Positions 29,301 through 40,262 of a stretch of DNA of 64,000 bases are shown here, in pieces. Position 1 is the stretch's first letter. Every line of letters starts with the position of its first letter. The notes below the pieces were generated by a model. The model did no database searches, was not told the DNA's origin, and was given only the letters and a program-made list of their open reading frames with translations. The DNA is from the human T2T-CHM13v2.0 reference genome, Homo sapiens. Location: NCBI RefSeq assembly GCF_009914755.1, contig NC_060928.1, one strand, 5' to 3'. The position numbers were made by a program, and so were the translations under genes.

Positions 29301-30191
29301 AAATTCACCTTCAGGGGCCCGCCAGGACTTTAGTTATAAGTCTAGAAGCAAACAGGGGTATTGGCTCCTGAGGAGAATCAATATTATCTTGCCTGGCAAC
29401 TGCCTCGAGGAGGCCATCACTATAGCCTCAGGCAGTGCAGGATTTTTCTCCTTAGACAAAGGTGAAAAGTCTGATGACAGCATGGGTTGGGGAGGGGATG
29501 TTGCCACTATTAGGGATGGGGAAGTTGTTCCTTCTGGCAAAAAAAGTTCATCGGAGTTTACAAGCTCAGTGTCTCCAGCTTCATCAGGGTCCTCCCTCAC
29601 ATCCCCATTCCAAGTTGCAGGGTCCCATTCCTTTCCAATCAATGTCTTCACTTTAACAGTAGACACCTGGAGAGGCTGGGAATGCACCTTTCATTGCAGG
29701 TCAGCCACTCGCATGATAAGAGCTTGTGTCTGTTTTTCCACAATTTCAGCTTTTTCTCTACAGGAGATAGGACTGTCACTTAGGGCAATCTTAGCAGATT
29801 CGAGGCTCAGTATCTGATTCTGAAGCTGGGAGACAGAATCCCTGAGTTCACTATTTTCTTTCATCACTTTGTCCACTGAACTTAGGAACAAACAATCAGC
29901 TTCATTACGTTCCTTTGTTCTCCACAGCTGGTCAAAGGTATTATGTATAAAGTCACTAAACTCCTTGCTTCTCATGAACAGTGAATCAGGAGTGTCAAAT
30001 GCATTTATTTTGCATAACTTTCTAAACAGTTCATGCCAAGGACTATCAGTGTTCATGCTATTAGAAGTAGAGTTCTTAGCATTTTGGGGTCTAATTATAT
30101 TAAGCAGCCAACTCCAGAAACTCCAAAACCAACGAAAGAACTCCATCCTTAATATTCAGTTCCTCTCTAACCCACTCCTGGTACCAAAATC
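26324..30191 (-). mobile_element. HERV-L provirus 2 internal region (gag to RNase H); IN, dUTPase and 3' LTR deleted
   Basis: gag N-terminus ORF 29691-30146, RT ORF 27476-27922, RNase H WFTDGSA. Collinear with about 2185-9576 once the insertions are removed. Confidence 0.95.
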
Positions 30192-30252
30192 TGTATTAGA
30201 CAGGTTCTCTTAGAGGGACAAAACTAATAGTATATATATATATAGTATATAG

Positions 30253-30288
<36 letters not shown>

Positions 30289-30773
30289 TATATATATCAG
30301 TATATATACACTAATATGTATACTAATAGTATATATTATATATACCAAGATATATAATAGTGTATGTATACTGATAAATATATATATTTATAACTCTAAA
30401 GTTTATTAAGTATTAACTTACACAATCACAAGGTCCCACAATAGGCTGTCTTGAAGCTGAGGAGCCAGGAGAGCCAGTCAGAGTCCCAGACTGAAGAACT
30501 TGGGGTCTGATATTCAAGGGCAGGAAACATCCAGCATGGGAGAAAGATGTTGGCTGGTTGACTAGGCCCATTTCTCCTTTTTACATTTTTCTGCCTGCTT
30601 TATATTTGCTGGAAGCTGATTAGATCGTGCCCACCAGATTAAGGTGGATCTGCCTTCCCCAGCCCACTGACTCAAATGTTAATCTTTTTTGGCAACACCC
30701 ACAAGACACAACCAGGATTACTACTTTGTTTCTCTCAATACAATCAAGTTGACAGTCAGTATTAACCATTAGA
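30192..30773 (-). mobile_element. MLT2A1-like 5' LTR of HERV-L provirus 2 with expanded TA/CA tract
   Basis: Short MLT2A form lacking a ~100-bp block present in the provirus 1 LTRs. Adjacent leader GATTTTGGTACCAGGAGTGG. Confidence 0.88.
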
Positions 30774-30794
30774 CCCTCCTACCTGGCTGTCTCA
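30774..30794 (-). mobile_element. MER61-like LTR, 5' 21 bp
   Basis: Minus strand TGAGACAGCCAGGTAGGAGGG. Confidence 0.7.
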
Positions 30795-30798
30795 ATAC

Positions 30799-31241
30799 CC
30801 ATACAAAGTGCCACTAGTGATGCTGGAAGTGCTCCCAAGCAGAGAAGAGTCATAACATTACAAGAATAAAATGGAATTACTTAATATAAACTGTAGATTG
30901 AGGTCTGCAGCTGTGGTCATCCACCATTTCAGATAGATGATTCATCTTGCAAACAAATAAACTTATCTGATAAATAGAGTATAATATTATAAATATATTT
31001 TTCTTGCTTACAATTTTCTTAATATTTGTTTTCTCTAGCTTGTTTCATTGTAAGATACAATATATAATACCTATAGCAAACAAAATATGTGTTAATTAAT
31101 GGTTTATGTTATCAGTAAGACTTCCAGTCAAAAGTAGGTTATTAATTTTGAAGTTTTGGGTAAGTCAAAAGTTATATGTTAATTTTCAATTGCAGAAGGG
31201 CCAGAGCTCCTAACCTCTGTGTTGGTCAAGGGTTGATTCTG
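30799..31241 (+). mobile_element. Tigger2-family element, right part
   Basis: CCATACAAAGTGCCACTAGTGATGCTGGAAGTGCTCCC continues the left part. Right terminal repeat GTTGGTCAAGGGTTGATTCTG. Confidence 0.85.
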
Positions 31242-31275
31242 GTAACTCACCCTGGTGATGCTGGGGCTTTCTAGC

Positions 31276-31629
31276 TGATATGATTTGGCACTGTGTCCCC
31301 CTCAAATCTTATTTTGTAGTTCCCATAATTCCCACATGTTTTAGGAGGGACTTGGTGGGAGATGACTGAATCATGTGAGCTGGTCTTTCCCACGCTGTTC
31401 TCATGATAGTGAATGGGTCTCATGAGAACTGATGGTTTTAAAAGCGGGAGTTTCTCTGCACAAGCTCTCTCTTTGCCTGCTGCCATCCAAGTAAGACGTG
31501 ACATGCTCCTCCTTGCCTTCCTCCATGATTGCGAGGCCTCCCCAGCCGCGTGGAACTGTGAGTCCAGTAAACCTTTTCATTTTTTAAGTTGCCCAGTGTT
31601 TATCATCAGCGTGAAAATAGACTAATACA
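31276..31629 (+). mobile_element. THE1A-like solo LTR
   Basis: TGATATG...CTAATACA termini. Perfect TSD CTAGC at 31271-31275 and 31630-31634. Confidence 0.92.
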
Positions 31630-33689
31630 CTAGCTTTATGCAAAGGCAAGATCTGCATTCATTAAGCAGAAAAATGACAGTACTGACCAACATGTAAGTA
31701 TATAATAAGTATATAATAAGAGTAGAGATTAATGAAGCTTTTTGTCTTTAGACCTTTTTTAAAGAGTTATCATCTGTATATTTCATATTTTATAACACTA
31801 TAGCTAGTTGACATTGACTTAACTCCAGATTATAATTATTTATATTATAAATTGGGTATATATATATCATTAATCTATATTCATTCTAGAAACAATGTCA
31901 TATATTATTATATTTTGTTAATGTTATTTTATATTATTATAATCTCTTTCCACATAGCAAAGTCTGTCATATTACATTGTAAGTCATTTCCCTTACTATG
32001 TACAACATCCTGTCATGCCAAAATGCATAAATTGAGAACATTTTATTGCTTCTCTATCCTCTTAATAAATTTATCATGTTTTAAATACATGTGAAAAAAT
32101 ACTACACACATACACAGAGATATATGTTATACATTCTTTAAAAGTTGTATACAATAAATAATAAATGAAACATTTTATTAATAGCCATGGATAATTATTT
32201 CATATTCAGTGTAGTTATTAGTTTTAAAATAGCTATTGGATTAAAAACAAATGCTTTTATATTTAAAGGAAGACAGAATAGCACCAATTTAAAATACAAA
32301 GATACTGTAGAGACAGCTGTTCCATACTTCATGTACCAGGTGCATAAACAATAAACCTTTCCAGTTATAATTAAAATTGCAATAAATCCTTTTTAAGAAC
32401 ATTGAATATTACACAAAATATTTCCTACTCAATTATATTTTATAATTTTTATTCTATTTCAATATCATATTCCCTTTTTGTTTTAACATTAATTTATAGA
32501 CAGAATAATTTTAAAGTTTATGTTTAAATCATAATTTTTAAAATATAAAGTTAATTAAACCAGAAAAATTCAATGGGAACATTATGTTACTTAGTCATCT
32601 AGAATGCTTAATTATTGAATATTTCACAATCCTGTTAATGAAAATTTGCTTGAGGAAGACAATTTTGTAGGCTGGTAAAATACTTATACTTACTACAGAC
32701 AATATACAATACATAATTTAACTACTGCTGTGTAAATTAACAGCATGCAATTCAAACTAAAACATAACCATATATAATTCAGGAGTAAGAAGTCATTACT
32801 TTGCGAACATACTTAATTATAGTTAATTTATTCATTCTTCCCATACTCCCCAAAATCTGGATCTACGATAGTGCCTGGATGTAAATTTCTCATAAGAATT
32901 CTAAGAAAAAACATACAGTTACAGAGAATCTTCAGCTACGTAAAATAGGGTTCCTTGAGCATTAAAATAACATTTTTATCTTTTTATTCTACTTGTCCTA
33001 CGTAGTTTAGGTTATGCTAAACTATACTATGGTAGAAAATAAACTTCAGTATATCAAAACCAAAATATTAATAATAATATGGGAACTCACAAGAGGTCTT
33101 AGACATCTGGCCTTTGACCATCCCTTGTATCTATACTTCTCTAAACAAAACTCAGTCTCATAGCCTTATCTGTTAGTAAAGCTGGAATATATTGTCTATA
33201 CTCCTGCCTGTAAATAAAATAAAATCAATATAGTGAATTCATAGCATTGTCTGTATTGCATTGTCAAACTTTCAAATAGACTTGTTTAACTAACTGTACC
33301 AAATTGCTTATTAATTTTTTTTGTAGTTGTTACACATTTGGTAGCATGCTGGAATTTAAATTCTTCATCATTGTCTATCAGGCCTATTTAAAATACCCCA
33401 GATATGCTACTGTAGTTATGATATAATTATTTGTCCCTATGTAGTGATAAGTAACCTATCTTTATTTTCAGGCAAGTAATAACCCAATCCTGCATCTAGA
33501 TCTATGTAGCTAAAAGACTATTAATTATGTCTATATGTAGGGTAAATTTTCTAAGTGAACTTGTCTTCTACTTCCTTTTGGAAAAAAAATTATATATTTT
33601 ATATTGTTTATGCACTCACATAAATTTATTCATTATTAAACATTGATGATGAATCCAATAGTAGTGTGTATATCTCCTCTATGAGACTA

Positions 33690-33870
33690 TGAGCTCCCAG
33701 GTCCTTGAGAAAGATACTCCTCGGTTCTGAACTTGACAAGAGTCTTTGCAGGAAATGTGTATACACTTCACAAGAGGCAGAGGAAGAATTTGCAATTACA
33801 AGTCTTCTAAAGTAAATGCTCTAAGATAAAAGAGGTCAAGGGCCTATAGTGAGAAAGAAACCTACACTTT
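33690..33870 (-). mobile_element. MER34/MER39-like LTR fragment
   Basis: GGTCCTTGAGAAAGA...TTCTAAAGTAAATGCTCTAAGA recalled as a MER4-group LTR segment. Confidence 0.4.
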
Positions 33871-34406
33871 AGTCAACCCATGAAGCCACCTTGATCACTA
33901 AATATATCCCAATCACATTCTCTCTGAATAGTCTTCTTTAATTAAATTCTATGTTAAATTAATTCTACCATGTTAAAAGCAATTTAATCTGTCAGGCCTC
34001 TGAGGCCAAGCTAAGCCATATCCCCTGTGACCTGCATGTACACATCCAGATGGCTGGTTCCTGCCTTAACTGATGACATTCCACCACAGAAGAAGTGAAA
34101 ATGGCCTGTTCCTGCCTTAACTGATGACATTGTCTTCTGTTGTGAAATTCCTTCTCCTGGCTCATCCTGGCTCAAAAGCTCCTCTACTGAGCACCTTGTG
34201 ACCCCCACTCTGCCCACCAGAGAACACCCCACCTTTGACTGCAATTTTCCTTTACCTACCCAAATCCTATAAAATGGCCCCATCCCTATCTCCCTTCACT
34301 GACTCTCTTTTTGGACTCAGCCCACCTGCACCCAGGTGAAATAAACAGTTTTATTGCTCACACAAAGCCTGTTTGGTGGTCTCTTCACATGGACGCGCAT
34401 GAAATT

Positions 34407-34424
34407 TTGTGCCATGACTCGGAT
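34407..34424 (+). other. tRNA-His primer binding site (2 mismatches)
   Basis: TTGTGCCATGACTCGGAT versus canonical TGGTGCCGTGACTCGGAT, immediately after the 5' LTR. Confidence 0.85.
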
Positions 34425-35004
34425 CGGGGGACCTCCCTTGGGAGATCAATCCCCCATCCTCCTGCTCTTTGCTCCATGAGAAAGATCCACCTACGACCTC
34501 AGGTCCTCAGACGAACCAGCCCAAGAAACATCTCACCAATTTCAAATCCAGTAAGCGGCCTCTTCTTACTCTCTTCTCCAGCCTCTCTCACCGTCCCTCA
34601 ACCACTTTGTCCTTTTCACTCTTCAATCTCTCCCTTCTCTTAATTTCAATTCCTTTCATTTTCTGGTAGAGACAAAGGAGACACGTTTTATCCGTGGACC
34701 CAAAACTCCGGCGCCAGCCACAGACTAGGGAAGGCAGGCTTCCCTTGGTGTTTAATCATTGCAGGGATGCCTCTCTGAATATTCACCCAGGTTTCAGAGG
34801 TGTCAGAACATGCAGGGACGCCTGCCTTGGTCCTTCACCCTTAGCGGCAAGTCCCGCTTTTCTGGGGAAGGGGCAAGTACCCCAACCACTTCTCTCCATG
34901 TCTCTACTCCTTCTCCACCTTTCTGGGGGCAAGAAACCCCAACCCCTTCTCCTTCACCCTGAGCGGCAAGTCCCCCTTTTTTTAGGGGAGGGGGAAGTAC
35001 CCCA

Positions 35005-35175
35005 GCCTCGTATCTCTGTGCCCCAATCCCTTATTTCCACACCCCGACCTCTTATCTCTGTACCCAATCCATTATTTCCACACTCCAACCTCTTATATCT
35101 CTGTGCCCCATCCCTTATTTCTGCACCCTGACCTCTTATCTCTGTGCCCCAACCCCTTATTTCCATGACCCAACC
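35005..35175 (+). repeat. HERV-H leader tandem repeat (~35-bp CTTATCTCTGTGCCCC..CCCTTATTTCC units)
   Basis: About four imperfect units visible. Confidence 0.8.
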
Positions 35176-36137
35176 CCTTTCCCACTTTTCTGGAAGGTAA
35201 GAACCCCCGAACCCCTTCCCTCCATGTCTCTACTCTCTCTTTTCTCTAGGCTTGCTTCCTTCACTATGGACAACCTTCCACCCTCCATTCCTCCTTCTTC
35301 TCCCTTAGCCTGTGTCTTCAAAAACGTAAAACCTCTTCAACTCTCACCTGACCTAAAATCTAAGTGTCTTATTTTCTTCTGCAATGCTGCTTGACCCCAA
35401 TACAAACTCAACAGTAGTTCCAAGTAGCCGGAAAACGGCACTTTCAATTTTTCGATCCTACAAGATCTAAATAATTCTTGTCGTAAAATGGGCAAATAGT
35501 CTGAGGTGCCTGACGTCCAGGCATTCTTTCACACATCGGTCCCTCTCTAGTCTCTGTTCTCAATGCAACTCATCCCAAATCTTCCTTTTTTCCCTCCCAC
35601 CTGTCCCCTCAGTCCCAACCCCAAGCATCACTGAGTCTTTCTAATCTTCCTTTTCTACAGACCCATCTGACCTCTCCCCTCCTCCCCAGGCTGCTCCTCT
35701 CCAGGCCCAGCTAGGTCCCAATTCTTCCTCAGCCTCCGCTCCTCCACCCTATAATCCTTTTATCACCTCCTCTCCTCACACCTGGTCCAGCTTACAGTTT
35801 CGGCCCGTGACTAGCCCTCCCCCACCTGCCCAGCAATTTACTCTTAAGGTGGCTGGAGCTAAAGGCATAGTCAAGGTTAATGCTCCTTTTTCTTTATCCC
35901 AAATCAGATAGTGTTTAGGCTCTTTTTCATCAAATATAAAAATCCAGCCCAGTTCATGACTCCTTTGGCAACAACCCTGAGACACTTTACAGCCCTAGAC
36001 CCTAAAAGGTCAAAAGGCCGTCTTATTCTCAAAATACATTTTATTACCCAATCTGCTCTCGACATTAAATAAAACTCCAAAAATTAAATTCCGGCCCTCA
36101 AACCCCACAACAGGATTTAATTAACCTCGACTTCAAG

Positions 36138-36470
36138 GTGTACAATAATAGAAAAAACTTGCAATTCCTTGCCTCCACTGTGAGACAAACCCCAGCCACA
36201 TCTCCAGCACAAAAGAACTTCCAAACGCCTGAACCACAGTGGCCAGGTGTTCCTCCAGAACCGCCTCCCCCAGGAGCTTGCTACAAGTGCCAGAAATATG
36301 GCCACCAGGCCAAGGAATGCCTGCAGCCCAGGATTCCTCCTAAGCTGCGTCCCATCTGTGTGGGACCCCACTGGAAATCGGACTGTCCAACTCACCTGGC
36401 AGCCACTCCCAGAGCCCCTGGAACTCTGGCCCAAGGCTCTCTGACTCCTTCCCAGATCTTCTTGGCTTAG
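36138..36470 (+). pseudogene. HERV-H gag nucleocapsid remnant
   Basis: CX2CX4HX4C knuckle plus a degenerate second knuckle (CVGPHWKSDC). Confidence 0.85.
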
Positions 36471-36539
36471 TGGCTGAAGACTGACGCTGCCCGATCGCCT
36501 CGGAAGCCCCCTAGACCATCACGGACGCCGAGCTTTAGG

Positions 36540-38750
36540 TAACTCTCACAGTGGAAGGTAAGTCCGTCCCCTTCTTAATCAATACGGAGGCTACCCACTC
36601 CACGTTAACTTATATTCAAGGGCCTGTTTCCCTTGCCTCCATAACTGTTGAGGGTATTGACAGCCAGGCTTCTAAACCTCTTAAAACCCCCTAACTCTGG
36701 TGCCAACTTAGACAATACTCTTTTAAGCACTCCTTTTAGTTATCCCCACCTGCCCAGTTCCCTTAGTAGGCTGAGACACTTTAACTAAATTATCTGCTTC
36801 CCTGACTATTCCTGGATTACAGCTGCATCTCATTGCCACCCTTCTTCCCAATCCAAAGCTTCCTTTGCGTCCTCCTCTTGTATTCCCCCACCTTAACCCA
36901 CAAATATAAGATACCTCTACTCCTTCCTTGGCAACCGATCATGCACGCCTTACCATCTTATTAAAACCGAATCACCCTTACACCGCTCAATGCCAATATC
37001 CCATCCCACAGCATGCTTTGAAAGGATTAAAGCCTGCTATCACTCGCCTGCTACAGCATGGCCTTTTAAAGCCTATAAACTCTCCTTACAATTCCCCCAT
37101 TTCTCCTGTCCTAAAACCAGGCAAGCCTTACAAGTTAGTTCAGGATCTATGCCTATCAACCAAATTGTTTTGCCTATCCACCCCATGGTGCCAAACCCAT
37201 ATACTCTCCTATCCTCAATACCTCCCTCCACAATCCATTATTCTGTTCTGGATCTCAAACATGCTTTCTTTACTATTCCTTTGCACCCGTCATCCCAGCC
37301 TCTCTTCACTTTCACTTGGACTGACGCTGACACCCATCAGGCTCAGCAAATTACCTGGGCTGTACTGCCGCAAAGCTTCACAGACAGCCCCCATTACTTC
37401 AGTCAAGCCCAAATTTCTTCTTTATCTGTTACCTATCTCAGCAAAATTCTCACAAAAACACACGTGCGCTCGCTGCTGATCATGTCTGATTAATCTCCCA
37501 AACCTCAATCCCTTACAAAACAACTCCTTTCCTTCCTAGGCATGGTTAGTGCGGTCAGAATTCTTACACAAGAGCCAAGACGGCACCCTGTAGCCTTTCT
37601 GTCCAAACAACTTGACCTTACTGTTTTAGCCTAGCCATCATGTCTCCGTGCAGCGGCTGCTGCTGCCCTAATTGTTCTAGAGGCCCTCAAAATCACAAAC
37701 TATGCTCAACTTACTGTCTACATTTCTCATAACTTCCAAAATCTATTTTCTTCCTCATACCTGATGCATATACTTTCTGCGCCCTGGCTCCTTCAGCTGT
37801 ACTCACTCTTTGTTAAGTCCCACAATTACCATTGTTCCTGGCCCAGACTTCAATCTGGCCTCCCACATTATTCCTGATACCACACCTGACCCCCATGACT
37901 GTATCTCTCTGATCCACCTGACATTCACCCCATTTCCCCATATTTCCTTCTTTCCTGTTCCTCACCCTGATCACACTTGATTTATTGATGACGGTTCCAC
38001 CAGACCTAATCGCCACAACCAGCAAAGGCAGGCTATGCTATAGTACAAGCCACTAGCCCCACCTCTTAGAACCTCTCATTTTCTTTCTATCATGGAAATC
38101 TATCCTCAGGGAAATAACTTCTCAGTGTTCCATCTGCTATTCTACTACTCCTCAAGGATTATTCAGGCCCCCTCCCTTCCCTACACAGCAAGCTCAGGGA
38201 TTTGCCCCCACCCAGGACTGGCAAATTAGCTTTACTCAACATGCCCCGAGTCAGATGACTAAAATACCTCTTAGTCTAGGTAGACACTTTCCCTGGATAG
38301 GTACAGGCCTTTCCTACAGGGTCTGAGAAGGCCACCGCAGTCATTTCTTCCCTTCTTTCAGACACGAGTCCTCAGTTTAGCGTTCCCACCTCTATGCAGT
38401 CTGATAACAGACCAGCCTTTATTAGTCAAATCAGCCAAGCAGCTTTTCAGGCTGTTAGTATTCAGTGAATCCCTTAGGGTCTTCCGTCTTCAGGAAAAGT
38501 AGAACAGACTAAAGGTCTTTTAAAAACACACCTCACCAAGCTCAGCCACCAACTTAAAAAGGACTGGACAATACTTTTACCACTTTCCCTTCTCAGAAAT
38601 CAGACCTGTCCTCAGAATGCTACAGGGGACAGCCCATTTGAGCTCCCGTATAGATGCTCCTTTTTATTAGGTACCAGTCTCATTCCAGACACCAGACCAA
38701 CTTGGATTGGGCCCCAAAACACTTGTCATCCCTACTGTCTTCTGTCTAGT
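36540..38750 (+). pseudogene. HERV-H pro-pol remnant
   Basis: Frameshifted RT frames 36928-37493 with no YxDD motif. IN fragments further downstream. Confidence 0.85.
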
Positions 38751-39710
38751 CATACTCCTATTCACTGTTCTCAATTACTCATACATGCCCTGCTCTTGTT
38801 TACACTGCCAGTTTACACTGTTTCTCCAAGCCAGCACAGCTGATACCTCCTGGTGCTATCCCCAAACCACCACTCTTAACTCTTAAAGTAAATAAATAAT
38901 CTTTACTGGCAAGGCTATGATGAACCTCCTTAGGCACTCTCTAATTAGATGTCCTAGGTCCTCCCAAATCTTAGTCCTTTAATACCTGTTTTTCTCCTTC
39001 TCTTATTCCGTTTAGTTTTTCAATTCATACAAAACTGTATCCAGGCCATCACCAATAATTCTAAATGACAAATGTTTCTTCTAACAACCCCACAATATCA
39101 CCCCTTACCACAAAATCTTCCTTCAGCTTAATCTCTCCCACTCTAGGTTCCCACGCTGCCCCTAATCCCGCTCGAAGCAGCCCTGAGAAACATCACCCAT
39201 TATCTCTCCATACCACCCCCAAAAAATTTTCACCATCCCAACACTTTACCACTATTTTGTTTTATTTTTCTTATTAATATAAGAAGACAGGAATGTCAGG
39301 CCTCTGAGCCCAAGCTAAGCCATCATATCCCCTGTGACCTGCATGTACACATCCAGATGGCCGGTTCCTGACTTAACTGATGACATTCCACCACAAAAGA
39401 AGTGAAAATGGCCTGTTCCTGCCTTAACTGATGACATTGTCTTGTGAAATTCCTTCTCCTGGCTCATCCTGGCTCAAAAGCTCCCCCACTGAGTACCTTG
39501 TGACCCCCACTCTGCCCGCCAGAGAACAACCCCCCTTTGACTGTAATTTTCCTTTACCTACCCAAATCCTATAAAACGGCCCCACCCCTATCTCCCTTCG
39601 CTGACTCTCTTTTCGGACTCAGCCCACCTGCACCCAGGTGAAATAAACAGCTTTATTGCTCACCCAAAGCCTGTTTGGTGGTCTCTTCACAAGGACGCGC
39701 ATGAAAATGG

Positions 39711-40262
39711 TGAAACGAGAAGTCTTCCTCTGATGGAAGGTTTTTCTCGATCGAAGAGTTCGTGGTCTCACCGGCTTCAAGGAATGAAGTGTTACTGCTT
39801 GATTAGAGAAAGGTGCGGACCCAAAGAGTGTGGGGCGGCAAGATTTATTAAAGGGAAAGCGAAAGCGAAAGTAAAGCTTCGCCGATGAGGAAGGGGACCC
39901 GGAAGGGTTGCGTTTCTGGCTTGGATGTCTTATGCTTATATCCCCTCATGATTCCTCTCCTTTTCCTTTCTCTGTTCTATAGGACTAGCTTATTTTCTAT
40001 TCCCTTGTGGGTTGGTGGACCTAACTGGTTAAAAACATCAGGCTGCAGGTAGAGCTTAAACTCCCTATATGATTGGTTGAAGTTTCATTCCCTTAGTTTG
40101 CAGCTATAACTCATTTTGGCTTAGGGGAAAGTCCCTTTTGATTGGTTGAAGTTTCAATCCCTTAGCTTGCAGCTATGACTCATTTTGGCTTAGGGGAAAG
40201 TCCCCTTAGGGAAGTCCCTATTGGGCCTGGAAGTCCAGCCAACTTAGCCACTTAGTTCCTCA
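39711..40262 (-). mobile_element. Solo LTR of the HERV9/HERV-W/HERV30 group (LTR12/LTR30-related; exact family uncertain)
   Basis: TG...CA termini. TSD ATGG at 39707-39710 and 40263-40266. LTR12-like blocks CGGACCCAAAGAGTG, GCAAGATTTATT, GGAAGGGGACCC. Confidence 0.8.

Larger units (their letters stand above)
33990..39706 (+). mobile_element. HERV-H provirus, common ~5.7-kb internally deleted form (LTR7 33990-34404 and 39294-39706)
   Basis: LTRs TGTCAGGCCTCTGAG...GCATGAAA, tRNA-His PBS, gag zinc knuckle CYKCQKYGHQAKEC, RT (SVLDLKHAFFTIPL, VLPQSFTDSP), PPT AAGAAGACAGGAA. Confidence 0.97.

Noticed and set aside
29691-30146. 151-aa HERV-L gag N-terminal ORF as a possible domesticated Fv1-like gene
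   Set aside because: The frame breaks after 151 codons and the rest of gag is split by frameshifts and stops, consistent with neutral decay.
35005-35175. Regularly spaced ~35-bp repeats resembling a CRISPR-like array
   Set aside because: There are no unique spacers. It is the HERV-H leader tandem repeat in a eukaryotic context.
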